Shown: positions 47,990-61,429 of the stretch, one piece after another
How the letters are laid out: each line of letters begins with the position of its first letter
Position numbering within the stretch: the first letter of the stretch is position 1
Assembly (NCBI RefSeq): GCF_006345805.1
Contig: NW_021835996.1
Coordinates: forward strand, 310,001 to 374,000
Source: Octopus sinensis
Lineage: Eukaryota
Direction of reading: 5' to 3'
DNA: 64,000 bases
The notes under the pieces: model-generated
Databases searched by the model: none
The model's input: the letters and a program-made list of their open reading frames with translations, nothing else
Told to the model about the DNA's origin: nothing
Made by a program: the position numbers and the translations under genes

Positions 47990-48752
47990 TTAAGAAATGA
48001 TAATTTAGTTGTTTCCGGACCATTATTACAATCTACCGCTAAAAAAGCAGTACAAATTTCAAATCCTAAAAATACTACTCCGCTGCTTCAGCCGCTTGAT
48101 CTGGGAATAATTCGTTCATATAAAACATTTTACTCACACGAATTGGTTAAATTTATATGCTTGTTTGAAGGCGAAGAATTAATATTAGATGGTATTCAAA
48201 GTAGACAAATATGAAATAATCTTTTAAAGTCTATCAAATATAAATATGAGAAATGTTTTGTTAGCAATTGAAGATGCTTGGATGAATGTTACTATAAAAA
48301 CGATCACGAATTGCTGAAATAAAATTAATGAGCAACGTACAGATGATGTTCAAAAAAATGTAATCAGATAAATGAAGAAAAGATCGAAGAAACTGTTATA
48401 TCAGTAGAAATCTCTGGTATAGAAAATGACGAGGCGTTATATGACGGTGTTGAAAAATGCCAATCTACTAAGAAACTAATTTCTACAATTAATGAGATGG
48501 AAGATGGTATTTTCAGCTTGCTCCAGAGGTATTAACTGCATTTTATAACTTTAAAAAGATAACGATGGATCAATTAATTAAAAAGTACAAAATCTGAGAT
48601 AAAATAACGGATTATTTTAAAAACAAAAATTAAAATCGTTAGATGTGAATTAAAATAAAGATCTTTTTTTGTTTTCAACTAACAAAACGTTATTTTATTG
48701 TTAGTATAAAAAACCCCTCTTTCTGGGGAAACTCAGAAAAGAGGTTAGACTG
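47990..48752 (+). mobile_element. Degenerate pogo/Tigger remnant with right end
   Basis: PKNTTPLLQPLDLGIIRS, DAWMNVTIKTITNC; ends ..gaggttagactg followed by TA. Confidence 0.7.
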
Positions 48753-49214
48753 TATTTTGTTTATAAACAATGGAGCTATTTCTTTTCATTCTAATTAACA
48801 CGCCAGGACAATTAGCGATTTAACAGTTAATGTAGATTTCTAAAAAACCATTATTCTTAAGATACGACATTTTGCTCAGGAATTTCTCGCGCAAGCATTA
48901 TGATTTAATTAAATAATAGAATTCCGATCATTTTTATAGCATTTATATTTTTTGAAATTATCTGAATTATTTAAAATCAATGAATCGTAGTGGCAATTAA
49001 TTTGTATTGATCTCTGCTTTTATTATTCAAAAGAATAGATTTTAAGCCACTTCATGTTAGCACTAGGTATTAATTATGATTTAATGCATTTTTGATTATA
49101 CAAACTGTATGAGTTATGGTTAGATTAGTCGTTACCACCTGGCCTATCGTTATTTCAGTTTTATTTTTATAATTGCAGTTAAACAAAAATTCGGAAAAAA
49201 ATAAAATTGTTTCA

Positions 49215-49617
49215 ATGTTTCCAAATTTGTTACTATCTAAAAACTCGTTAAATTGTTCAAAATGTGATCACATTGAAACATTAAAATTGAATAAAACTTC
49301 AAAGTAGTTTTTACCTTTACCTACATTTATAAGCACGCATCCTAAGCATTCGATGAAAACTAAACTGAATCAGTTTTCAAAAGTATTTGATTCAAGTACT
49401 CCACTCAATCAAAAAATTAAAATTGCGATCAAAAAAACGACTCAAAGTTATAATTTCAATAATATATAAAGACTGTATTTTAGTAAAATATTGTTTTCAA
49501 GACCCATTCAGTTCTCCTCCAGATGATTTTATCGATAAAATTACGCAACTTTGTATCCTTGAAAAACAATCAAAAAATATAGAGATTAAGAAAAAATACA
49601 AATCAAAAAAGAAATAA
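49215..49617 (+). CDS. Putative spliced orphan gene (about 115 aa, basic C-terminus)
   Basis: GT-AG introns of 30 and 25 nt join MFPNLLLSK.. to ..DPFSSPPDDFIDKITQLCILEKQSKNIEIKKKYKSKKK*; no homology recognised. Confidence 0.35.
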
Positions 49618-50577
49618 ATATAAGTTTATAAAGTTTTATTATACACTAATATAATGTTTTATTGGCATTAAAATATTTTCATTAGTATAGATCTTTAAAA
49701 TATTTTCAAAAACAGTTTTTTGATCAAATTGAAAAAATTTAAGTTTCGGTTAAAATTTATCCAAACGATAAAATTTTAAATATACATAACAAGAATATAA
49801 AAACAAAGTGCAATTATCAATTAATTAAAAAGTACAAAAATCTATTAAATTAATAAGTATATAATTTCGATAATTTCAATGACAATTGATGAAACTATTG
49901 TTTCAGATTTACTGACAACTGATCTATAATCAATGATTACTTTTTTTAAACCGTCCTATTTGAAACCTCTGGAGTCACAGGAAATCTCACTACGTCCTTC
50001 ATCTATAGCATCTGGAGAATGATTCCTATCTGTAGAAGATTGATGGGAATCGTCGTGGTTCTGACAAAGAATTTTGATTGCCGTTTTTTGAGGGAACAGT
50101 CAAGCAATTTTTGCCTCAACGTAAATGATTTTTTTTAATTTTTTCTTTATTTTTCGACGTATTAGACAATTTTTAATTAAAAAATAAAAGATCAGGTTTG
50201 TAATTTCTGAGTCACAATATCGTAAACTGACTATTAAAGAGATAATAGAAAATTTTTTCATTTTGTAGCGTGGTTTGTGAAGTTATCTTTCTCAATTTTC
50301 AAATGAATAAATGTTTAATGATGTGTGTAAAAATTTGATAACCTCAATAAAAGAAATCATCTAAATCAATACCATCTGGTATTCGCATTTTAATAAATAG
50401 AGACATATGGATATCCAGAAATGAATGAACAACAAAAGCAACAACCCTCTATCAATGAGAAAGTTCCCGCTAGTGTATATGTATTGGTTCTTGTGATTCT
50501 ATTTGGATTGGTCATTATTTGTACAGTTATTTTTATATTTTACGGAATTTCTTGACTTTAAGTTATTCGTCATATCA

Positions 50578-51990
50578 TAAAAAAATCCGCTCTGGTCTCG
50601 TCCCGGATGCACTCAGGGACCAACTCAGTCGGGTACAAGAAATCGATGCCGTCGTTTCACGACGGACGTATGACAGGATTGTGAAGAAGCTCAACTCTTT
50701 GCAGCTGCTAGAAGGACCATTATGTGGAACGATAACACAAGAGGAGGCTAAAAAGGCAATAGCTGGGTTGAAGAACAAATAACCTGGTTTCGACTACATT
50801 CCTCAGATAAACTTTGATGCAAGGACTGACTATGATGTTTGAAACTAGCTGGACATTTGGACATCTTCCATCGACATGGAAATGTACGATCGTTCGAATG
50901 ATACCAAAACCTGGTAAATCAAAACTGCTAGCAATGAACTATCGGCCGATTAGTCTGATTTGTGCTTTCTCTAAAACTATGGAAAAGATTGTCTTTAACA
51001 GACCTTCTTGTTATGTAGAATCACAGAATCTGCTTTCGTCCGTACAATGGGGATTCTGTGAAGGAAGATTCACAGGGGACTGTCTCATGGAATTAGAATA
51101 CCAACTATCACGTGCCTACAGATCTCGCAAAAATTTTTGCTAGCGTATGGCACTTGGGCCTACTTGCGAGAGCCCATGAGACTGGAGCCGGAATAAAGAC
51201 CTATCGATGGCTAGAAAACTTCTTGTGTAGAAGGAAATCTTGTTTGCTGTGGGAACCGCCTATTGGGATGTGTGGAACTTAGAAGGGGCGTCCCGCAGGG
51301 ATCTGTCTTGAGTCCACTTCTTTTCAACCTCGTCTTGTCGGACATTCCCCTACCGTCTGTACGTACTGACAAACTTGTCATCTACGCTGATGATATCCTA
51401 GTTATGGATACCTCGAAAAGAATATCACAGTCTTGGAGACGACTAAGTCGTACATTGCCGAGTTAAAGAAGTGGACTGCTGAGAAAGGCTTGACAATAGC
51501 ACCCGAGAAGAGCACCATTTCATGGATGCAAAGAGGAACACGTTGTGCAGCTACGCTATGAGTGGTTATGATATGGGTTTGAATCTACGCTTCCTCGGAG
51601 TAATAGTCAACTGCCGTGGTTCGTACGCCGACCACGTAGCTAAACAGAGAAGAGGAGCGTTAGAATCCTCAAAAGCTTAACCAGGTTCCATCTGGATCCG
51701 GAAACGTACATCTACGTCTACAAAACGTGTGTACAGCTAGTCCTCACATATGACTACGAGGGCTGGTATGGTACGGAGGAAAGTGACTACCTTGTCGAAC
51801 AGTTGGAAAAAACAAGACGTTTCGCATTGAAACTGGCTTATGGAGTACAACTAGAAGGCTCGCAAGAATCTTCTGTGGCCACAATCCGGATGGTTTTGAA
51901 AAAAAGTTGTCGACACCGACAATAATTGGGGATACGCATTGAAAGAGACACTTTGGTACTTCGTTTAATCTCCTCGTTATTCTTTCTTTA
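50578..51990 (+). mobile_element. Degenerate LINE, paralog of 34942-40765
   Basis: Collinear nucleotide and protein similarity; RT motifs with stops and frameshifts. Confidence 0.9.
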
Positions 51991-52329
51991 CACCTATATG
52001 CGATAAAATTCTTCTCAAAAATCTGAATCAGTTTTTAAATAAATACGTCCCTTAATGATATGTTTAGTCGGTATTATTATTCAAGAAATCTCCTCTGACC
52101 TTGGTTTAATCTATATTTATCAAATAGTTTTGGCACAGTTTTTTATGAATATTTTCCTTAGTTTTACAAAAGACATTCCTTTGCGATTTAAAAGAGCACA
52201 TAATATGAAGATCAAGTAACCTCAGTAGATAAATGTGTGAAAATAAAACAACTTAATAATTGGTATTTTACTTCACTGTCATCCAGTGTTTTATTTACTC
52301 TAAGTAGATTTTTAGTTTCATTTCCTAAC

Positions 52330-53430
52330 GTCGTCGGAAGGGCTGCCTCGTCCGTGATAATAACGTCATCGGCATAAATAAGCACATTCGAATTTCAGTT
52401 TTTTCCATGATTTTGGAACGCATCCTCTCTGGAGGCTCGAATTAAAAAGGTTTGTGAGCCAAGACACCAAACAATTTGGTGCATGCTTAAAACAGACCAT
52501 TGGAATCTTGTCATATCCTGTGGCCGCATTTTTGGCTGCCCTTATTGCTTCAAGAGTCTCAGACTAGTAATTGGATAGCGTCTCAATCTTCTTGTGTAGT
52601 TTGCTGGAGGAGGTTTTGGTAAAGACGCACATCGGTCTGCTTCCAGAATAGCTGCAAACTGATTTCGCAGGAGTTCGGTTGTCTCCTCTTGGCTCGACAG
52701 GCATCCTCCCGGGAGTCCCACGCGAATTACTTCAGCTTTTATTTGGGTTCCAGTTATTTTACTGTAAGCTGTCCAAAATTTTGGGTTTTTTGGATGGAGC
52801 ATTTTTGATTGGCGTAACCAAGCACGTTCTTTTTCAATTTGAGCTGTATGACAAAGTGATTTTTCAATAGCACTTATTCATTCTTTCATTAAAGTTCTGT
52901 CGACATAAGTCTATTTTTTAAAAACAATGTTTATCATAGACCCCGGAAGTATTTGGGATTTTCTGTTTTGAGTAGATTTTTTCAGAGTACTTCACCATGA
53001 AGCTGCTCAACAGGCTTCTAATGTAGTCATCTGTTCTTTCTATTGCATCTTCATTCTTCTCGACTGTTAAACAGGAGTTTCCAAGATTAAAAGAAATGAA
53101 TAGTTTATAGAAGGCCCAGTCCGTTTTTACGGTTCTATAGTGCAAAAAGATATCCTCCATTAATGTCGGGTACAGCATCATCTGGGGAGTATGATCACTC
53201 CCGATGTCTTCGATTTTCCTCGGGAGTTCACATAAGAACTTCAATAAGGGTGAAGTTAGGAACATCCCTAAGAAATAATCTCCATAACATGAAAAATGAT
53301 TTGGCTCTTCCCATGTCCAAATATCAAAACCAACTTGATCGGATATAGCCCGCAGGATTTTTCTATCTGCCGATTTCTTTTCGACAGCCATAAGATAGGC
53401 ATTTATTATTATTATTAAAAGCACTCCCGA
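52330..53430 (-). mobile_element. Degenerate LINE (APE endonuclease end, linker, RT start)
   Basis: GSDHTP, NPKFWTAYSKI, ATGYDKI, YADD remnant. Confidence 0.7.
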
Positions 53431-53442
53431 GAAGTCATAAAA

Positions 53443-54980
53443 CTAATTAAGCTTCCCTTGTGCCGCGTGAACAACAATACTGTCCCACAACCTTCTCCAG
53501 GTGCCTCTCCTCTTTGCCAATTCTCTTAGATTGTCGAGATCATCAGCAGTTTCGAGTTTCCTCCCAATAGTTTTGAGATCCTGATTTAGCACCGATGGAA
53601 GTGTTGTCCTTGGTCTTCCTCGGAATGCGTCTCCGCATTGCATGAAATATGTTTCCATAGCAATGTTTGCAGGAGTGGCGAAGTCCATCCGCAGAATGTG
53701 GTCAAATAGCCTCCATCGTGATTTCAGAATTTCGATCGAAAGAATTTCTGAGTTGCATAATTTGTATAGGTTGTCGTTTGTAATCTTCTGCTACCCCGTT
53801 TCTTCTTGTTGCCTTGCAAATTCTTCTGACAAATCCTTCACGGATTCTTCTGCCCTAATTGTCAATAACGTTAACCCTTTTCCTACTAATGTGCGCATTG
53901 CGGATTCTCACAAAATTGCAACGTGGAATGTAAGAGGACTTAGTACCAGGAAATTGGACTTGGGGCACGTGCTTCGGGAGAATGGTATAGGAAAAGAAAT
54001 CCTGCTGTCTTCGTTCGCTGGAAAAAGGAAGCAGGGTAGACCGAAACTAAACTGGACATCTGAAGTAGTGAAACTTACCGGACATCATTTGTCGGAAATA
54101 GCAGAGCTGGTGGGGGATAGAGTTTCGTGGAGGGACTTGTCTTACAGAATCGCCAATGGCCGGAATCGGCTGAATATGGCTTAACTAACTAACTAACTAA
54201 CTATAGAGACATAAGCTTTCTAAAGGCTCCATTTGAAAAGATTTTCCTTCGGGTAACATCCTCTGTGTCTCCCAGGAGCGTTTCCAACTTTTTGTGCCTT
54301 CTCCATGATTCATCAATGCGTCTTTCCAATCGGCTTAAGGATATATTCGGTTTTTTCGGTGTTCACAGTGAGAAACCATTTTTCGAATTTGTTCGGGAGC
54401 ATATTATTGAGAATTTCTGAGAATTTCTCCGTCGTCTGACACAAAGTCCAAGTCATCTGCGTAGGATATCTCGTGATAATCATTTTTATAACTGATTTAA
54501 AGTCCCTCAAGATACACAATAAAAAGCACGGGAGATAGCGAGTATCCTTGTGGAACACCCCGATAGGCATTTAAAATTTAGATCTCCAGCAATTAGTGAA
54601 AATTGGTTGCGTTTGAAGAAATCAGCAATTTTGTTTTTCGCTAATTTTTTTAGAGTACATTTCTCAATCAGATCCACTCTTGTCCAGATAATTATTAACT
54701 CGAGAGAGACAAATTCACAGATGGTTTCGTTTTCTATTATCAAGTTTTTTCTCTTCAACTCATTCATATAGAAGATGGCCGTACCCGTGGCAGTAACCCC
54801 ACCATCCCTCCACTGGACATCATATGAAGTATAGCCATCCAAGGTAAATATCATTCCATGTTTTAATTTTGACTCGTTTACTACTAAGATATCCGGCTGG
54901 TGGAAAGCAACGAGCCGGATTAGCTCGGAACGCCGTCTCCATATTGATCTAGCGTTCACTAGGGTGACCACAGAGAGCCC
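53443..54980. mobile_element. Patchwork of RTE-like and APE-domain LINE fragments on both strands
   Basis: Minus: HILRMD..RGRPRTTLP (53443-53780), YADDLD (54210-54510), NARS..NESKL..AGDLN (54507-54980). Plus: IATWNVRGL and GHVLR..GKRKQGRPK with a (TAAC)n tail at about 54182-54202. Confidence 0.75.
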
Positions 54981-55063
54981 TTAATATGATAAATGTTCTT
55001 TTTCTGTCAATAAAATTTTTTTTTTTTTATTCAAAGTAATTATTGAAATAAGTTAGTCAATGA

Positions 55064-55215
55064 TTAAAAGGCACTTGCGGTTGCACGCATGATGGAGTGT
55101 GCATTGCCGCGAACGACAGCTATTCCAATTTGTTGGAATAACCATGACACTTCTCGAGGCTCCCCACGTCGCCTAGCAACTTTTCCTCCGACTTCTCTGA
55201 TGAAAGAAGTCGTAA
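55064..55215 (-). mobile_element. CRE-like extreme 3' fragment
   Basis: GEPREVSWLFQQIGIAVVRGNAHSI. Confidence 0.75.
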
Positions 55216-55302
55216 GAGGGCAATAAAATATAAAAAAATTCAAAATTTGAATAAAAATAATCATAAGTTTTCCAAAACAAAGTCTTTTTTATAAGAATTT
55301 TA

Positions 55303-58300
55303 GAATAAATAAGGAATTTAAGTTGTTGTGGTGTTGTGCATGTCCGTTCCTAATGATATGAGGAAATCGAATCCTAGGGGCCTTCCTGCGAAAAAGGATA
55401 AAAATAACATAACAAGTGCAGGAGTGTCGTCTCTGGGGCTGGATAACAGCACAAGGACTAGTATTCATGACAATCCAATTGCTGGGAATCCTACTATCCC
55501 AACTAACTTGCATTCCCTTTCGGCCATTATCGATGATGCTAGTTGTGTTTCTGAAGCTGAGTGGGTGTCTCAGATTGTTTATGCCACGAAGCAAAGAATT
55601 GGGAGGATACCAAGAGGTGGATGGAACCTTATCCGTGAGAAGTTTAATTCAAAATTCTCGAAGAGTGCAAGTCTCAGTCAACTCAAAGGAATGGTTAAAC
55701 CAATGAGAGTGGATAATAATTATAGAAGCAATTGCCATCAGAAGCAATTTCTTGAGAGCTCAGAAATTTCCACTTTTAGAAAGTGTCTAGAAGAGTTGAA
55801 TATACAAATTAAGAATATTGAATCGATTCCAAGGGATTCACGTAAACCAACTCCAAAAATTCAAAATAAATATTTGAAAACTGATATATTGACAGGATTG
55901 AATTCGGCGATATATTATATTACGAAAGATAATCATCCTAATGATATCGATAGCATTTCTGATATTCTATATGCTGCTCAATGTGCGTATTTATCTCTAA
56001 CCATGAGAGACAAAGCACAGAGCACATGGGTAGAAAATATTGAAAAGAAAATTTCAAAATTATCTGCAGAATTGGAAGTTGTTAATTCCCATTCCAATCA
56101 AACACTACCTCCATCTGAAAAGCAAAAGGTAATGGATGTTCTCTGTCGCTATGGGTATAAGAAAACTAAGAAAGGTGAGCTGTCGAGGATTCAGATATTA
56201 TTGCAAGACCTGATTAGGATTAACAATAAGAAAATAGAAGTTCATAATTCAAGGAAGCAATTTCGTAAGGATAATCAGTGCTTTGAATTAAATCGAAAAA
56301 GATTCTATCGAGACTTAACAAAGAAAGAGGAAGTGACGCTGTATGGATTTGATGATGAAGAATGTGTCTCTTTTTGGCAAAAAGTCTGGAGCGAGAGAAA
56401 TGAGAGGCCTCAATCTTATGACGTTGTTGGAAAACGAACTACTTGTGCTGAACATATGCTTCCAGAGTTTACGGAAGAGTTTTTTGGAAATGTTATTAAG
56501 TATCTTCCTGACTGGAAGGCATGTGGATGTGATGGGATATATAACTTTTTCATTAAGAAGATGGAGTCATTACATGGATTTCTGTGTCACGAGATAACCC
56601 GAATAATTAATGGAGAGTACATGCCTGAAAGTTGGTTTTACACTGGAATAACATATTTGATTCCTAAAAAAGATGATTGTGAGACCCCGAAGGACTTACG
56701 TCCTATAACGTGTATGCCGACATTGTATAAACTTGTCACCAAATGTGTTAATGTAAAACTGGCTGATTTTGTCGAGGCATTTGGCCTAATTTCAGACAAC
56801 CAACTTGGAACGAGGAAGTATTGTCAAGGCGCCAAGGAGCAAGCTCTCATTAACCAATGTTTGAACAAGGAGTACGGGAATGGCCTTTATTCTGCTTGAG
56901 TCGATGTGAAGAAAGCATATGACTCAGTTGATCATGATTTTTTGTTTCACGTTTTGGATTGTTCTGGAATCCCGCTTTGGATCGTAAACTTTGTGAAGAG
57001 CGTAGTTAAGAAGTGGGCAGTAAAGCTGCATATGGAAGGTAGAAGAATTGGATCAGTGAAGTTAAACCGAGGAATTTTACAGGGAGACTCATTGTCTCCT
57101 TTACTATTTGTTATGGTATTAGATCCTCTAAGCAGGATCCTTAATTCCGTGTTTCCAAAACTTGAAATTAACCAGGAAGATCCCAATATGTTAACATATT
57201 CCACTAATCATTTGCTATTTATTGACGATCTAAAAATATTTGCTCTCAAACAAGACACTTTACTCAAAATGATGGAAGCTGTTAACGGATTTTTTAAAAT
57301 TGTTGGTTTGGAGATGAATTCAGAAAAATCAGCGTCTAATTTGGAATCATTATCATGTTGTAAGACTATTGATGGAATCAATGGATATCGGTATTTGGGT
57401 GTACTTGAAGATGGTGGAAGCAATGTTCTTAAGAATAGAGTTATGGACTCTATCTTTGAGAATGTTAAGAAGAGGATAACTATGCTATCGAAAACAAAAC
57501 TCAACTCTGTGAATCTGTTTCGTGCTATAAATGAATATGCATTGTCACTATATAATTATTATATTGGGCTAATCAATATTGAACCTTCTGAATTTGATGA
57601 TATTGACAGACAAATACGGCAATTGCTTACGTCGCTCAGATTACATCTCAAACCTGCAAATAAAGAGAGACTGTATTTAAACCGGAAGGCTCTTGGAAGA
57701 GGGCTTTCATCAGTTACTTTCAAAAGTGAACTAATGCTCTTTCAGTTCCTTACGAGTCTGGAAAATATGTCAACTATATGCTTACGGAGGGCGGGGATTC
57801 TGCGTGTAATTAAAATGAATAAATGGCATTTGGCTATGATCGCAGGATTTCTATCCTCCAAATATGCAATTATTGATAAGAAGAGTATTACTATAGAGTC
57901 TCTAAAGTCCAGTCAGATACAATATTTACAAAAGAAAATTAGTTCTAAAGCACTACATTCTGTGCTTTTCAAATGTGTGGATGAACCTAATGTTGATTTA
58001 CCTGCATCCTCAGAATGGCTATCTAATGGAAATAATGGGCCACGAAGCGAAGCATTGTATTGTCTTTTGCAAGATCGAAACTTGTTCTTTGCATCCGCTG
58101 ACTCATTATGCAATCATTGTAAGAAAAGCAAGAAAACTGTTGACCACATGGCTACTCAGTGTGGTAAAATGCTCAACAGTGATTATCTCCGGAGACACAA
58201 CGAAGTTGTGAAGTGTATTCACCTTAACTTGTGCCGAATGTATGGACTCAAAAAAGCAAGACGATTGAAGGGACATTCTGTTCAGTCAACACTGTCGACG

Positions 58301-58936
58301 GGAAAAGTTGAAATCAGGGTTGATTCTACAATCCTCACCGAAACAAAAGTAGAATATAACAAGCCAGATATCTTTGTCCACGACAAAGTCAGAAACGAAA
58401 TAAATCTAATTGAAGTGGGTATTACTTCACAGGATCGCCTCAAGCAAGTGGAGGTTGAAAAGTGTCACAAGTATGACCTATTGGCAAGTGAGCTTTCGCT
58501 TCTGTATAGCTGTCAAGTAAAAATAATTCCTGTGGTTATGACATGGGATGGAGTTGTCTCGAAATGCTTCAAAAATTATATGAAGAAACTATCTATTGAA
58601 GCAGGAACGAGGACATACATCCAATCCGTTGTACTGAAAAGAACGCTTGAGAGTATGATGATCGAACACAAGCACGGAATGAAGGTATCTGGTGAAGAAT
58701 ACGCTTCTGCTTCCAACCGGTATGTGGAGATGGCATGCAAAAATTAAGACGACCCAATGAATGCTAAAGAAGATGCAATGGTTGAATCAGATGTGGTAGT
58801 GGGGAGTAAGAGGCAGCTGGAAGTAGACTCTTCTTCCAAGAGAAGGAGAGTGGATATCAGCGAGCTGGAGTGAGATCTGCTTAGTTTCTGATTAACTATT
58901 AATTTATTATTGGTTTAAAAACGTTAAAAAAAAATA
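55303..58936 (+). mobile_element. Apparently full-length RLE-type non-LTR retrotransposon (R4/Dong- or NeSL-like); single ORF 55340-58873 with two in-frame stops
   Basis: 12-bp TSD ataagaatttta at 55291-55302 and 58937-58948; A-rich tail; RT (CGCDGI, LRPITC, GILQGDSLSPLLF, FIDD), CCHC knuckle, RHN, PD..D..E; TGA 56897-56899 at a conserved Trp position and TAA 58745-58747. Confidence 0.93.
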
Positions 58937-59367
58937 ATAAGAATTTTATAAATTTTCTAATACAATTTTCGAAATGTTTCAAATCCCGAGGGTCTGTCAA
59001 AAACGAAGGTTTCCACCTTCGAAACCTTGGTTGTAAAAGTTTGTGAAAATCCGATTATTTTAATCTTTTAAGTTTCAAAGATTCCCTATTTCTAAGTACA
59101 AATCTAAAATAATAGCATTGAAACTCTATTTTCCTAGGCGGAGAAATCTCGGAAGATTTTTTTAAGCATTTAATATAGACATAACACAGAAAAGTGGTGT
59201 TCTGTGTCATTCTAATGCAACTTCATTCGTCGTTGGTAACTTGATTGATTTCCAAAGCTTTAAGGGATCTTAGTAAAATGATATATTTAATTTTTTAAAT
59301 AAACATTAATATTATTTATATTGTTGATAATTTACAATAATTCACAAAGAAATATATTTATCCTACT

Positions 59368-60097
59368 ATGGGCTTGTTGGACAAAATATTTGGGAAAAAG
59401 AATGATGGATCTGTTCCAACAATCGCAGAAAGTATTAAAAGAATTAGAGAAATGGAGGAAATAATGTCAAAGAAAGAAGAATTTATTTCTAAAAAATTTG
59501 ATGAAGAGCTCAAACTGGCAAAACAACTCGCAGCCAAAGGTGACAAACGAGGAGCTCTCTCAGCGTTGAAACGAAAGAAAAAATACGAAAAACAACTGCA
59601 ACAAATAGACGGAACTTTGACAACATTAGAATATCAAAGAGAAGGTCTCGAAAATGCCGGAACAAATAAAGAGTTGATGACTGTCATGTCCCAGGCAGCG
59701 AAGGCTCTCAAAATGTCGGGAGGAATGTAAGTTTCTCACTAAAATAATCTTAAAGTGATCCGGATAAGGTTCATGATGTAATGGACGAGATTGCTGAACA
59801 ACGAGAACTCGCTGATGAGTTTTCCGATTTAATTTCGACTCCCATCGGGGCTCAGCAGTACGACGAGGCAGATAATATTTGTTACTCGATACATTAGGGA
59901 GAATTGTTGGATGAATTGAAGGAATTGGAGAACCAAATCCCGCTTCCTGCCTCGTCTTCTGGCGTACCACTTCCTTCTGTTCCTGAATCAACCCCCACGG
60001 TCATTCCTTCTGAGGCTGATGAAGGTGTATTGGGGGATAATTTAGGTATTTAGAGGATGCACAATTGCAAGATCTTCTTAAGTGGTCTGCTGAGTAG
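59368..60097 (+). CDS. CHMP4: ESCRT-III subunit CHMP4/Snf7, 4 exons
   Basis: KRGALSALKRKKKYEKQLQQIDGTLTTLEYQREGLENA, DKVHDVMDEIAEQ, ELLDELKEL, L..W C-terminal helix; introns 59727-59755, 59868-59897 (GC-AG), 60025-60053. Confidence 0.93.
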
Positions 60098-60912
60098 TTC
60101 TATATATCTTTACTCTCATTAAAATATAATGACCTGTTTTTATCTTAGTTAAGGATGAAATACTCTACTTTAGAGTGCATATACATTAGATCTAAAGGAG
60201 ATATGCTATTTTGTGAATAGTTTTTTGAAATATTATATGATGTCTCTAAGATTGAATTAATATTTGAGAGTACACTTAATCGCCATATCGCACAGTCTCG
60301 GGCTTTACTGACTTAGGTCTCGGTTCTCGTCCGGGCGCTGCTCATCCGGCGGAAGGTTACACGCGTCTACGATGCTAAAAAACTTGATGAGTGACGCCGT
60401 CATCTAAGAAGACTTACTGCGGAACTGGATTGTCTATTTTGAATCCACAAAAACAAGCAAAGATCATTCCTTGGCCCTACTTACGATTAACTAAAAATAA
60501 ACTTTTTACTTAAAATAAAGTGTGCGTCTTGTCTGTGCGGAGCTATAAAATACTATGGCTTTGCGGAGGGATATATTATTATTTATAGGCTTGGAAATAT
60601 TTGCCGAATCAAGAAATACAGTGTAGTTAAAATTTACAGATTACATGCTCTAATATCTATAGGCTCTACTTAAAGGCAGTTCATCGAGCTACTTAAAAGT
60701 GGTCTGTTTGTTACAAAAAATAACTTTATATTATTTTGGAAAAATCTATCACAATCAGAAAACCATATTTTGCAATTATGATTGGTTACTATTGATACGC
60801 AAGTTCAGATAATAAATCAAAATTTATTCATTGGCGTCTAAGAAATCAAATAAACATTTCTTAGAAATGGCTTAGGTCGAAAAAATTTCAGAAAAGAAAA
60901 ACAATCATAATA

Positions 60913-61380
60913 CAGTGAAACTCGTCTAAATGGGCCTCTAAATGTACCGAATCTTTCCATATACCGGCTTTTTTCTCAGGTCCAAATTTTTTACAGTTTT
61001 TTTCAATATAATTTTGACCTCTTGATTCCGAATCCTCTACCGGCCGTAGTCAATCGTGCATACCGTATAAAGATATATTACTGTTATTTTTAAAAATTAA
61101 ACAATAATAATTTTTAAAATTATTTGACTTGATCTTGAAGGTTATCGCAATTTGTGAATCTTCAATTGTGACGAGATTGGATTGTATTTCCGTTCCTTGC
61201 CTGACAAAACTCTTACTATCAAAAGTTCCAATAAGTCTTGTGAAGCTTTCCACGGAGCGTTTGACAGTCAAAAACTTAAACCTTTTAGCATTGGAAAATC
61301 TTGTCAATTGGGAAATAAGTTTAACAGTGTAGTCTTGTGTAGATACCTTTTTCAACAAAACGTAAAGTATATCGAATGCA
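60913..61380 (+). mobile_element. Degenerate pogo/Tigger remnant with left end
   Basis: TA followed by cagtgaaactcg; DEIGLYFRSLPDKTL, KLKPFSIGKS. Confidence 0.65.
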
Positions 61381-61429
61381 AAACGTTCTAAAAAAGTGAA
61401 AAATTCAATATTTCTTTGCCGATTTAAAC

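Noticed and set aside
56897-56899. TGA-as-Trp recoding or programmed readthrough in the RLE ORF
   Set aside because: Trp is TGG elsewhere in the same ORF and TGA ends host genes (PANK, RTN4IP1, DDX11); a single TGG to TGA mutation is simpler.
1117-60097. Functional ESCRT cluster (ALG-2-like gene plus CHMP4)
   Set aside because: 58 kb apart with unrelated genes between; no evidence of linkage.
60281-60490. GC-rich island as a structured ncRNA
   Set aside because: No tRNA, snRNA or RNase P/MRP motifs recognised; may be degraded TE; needs an Rfam search.
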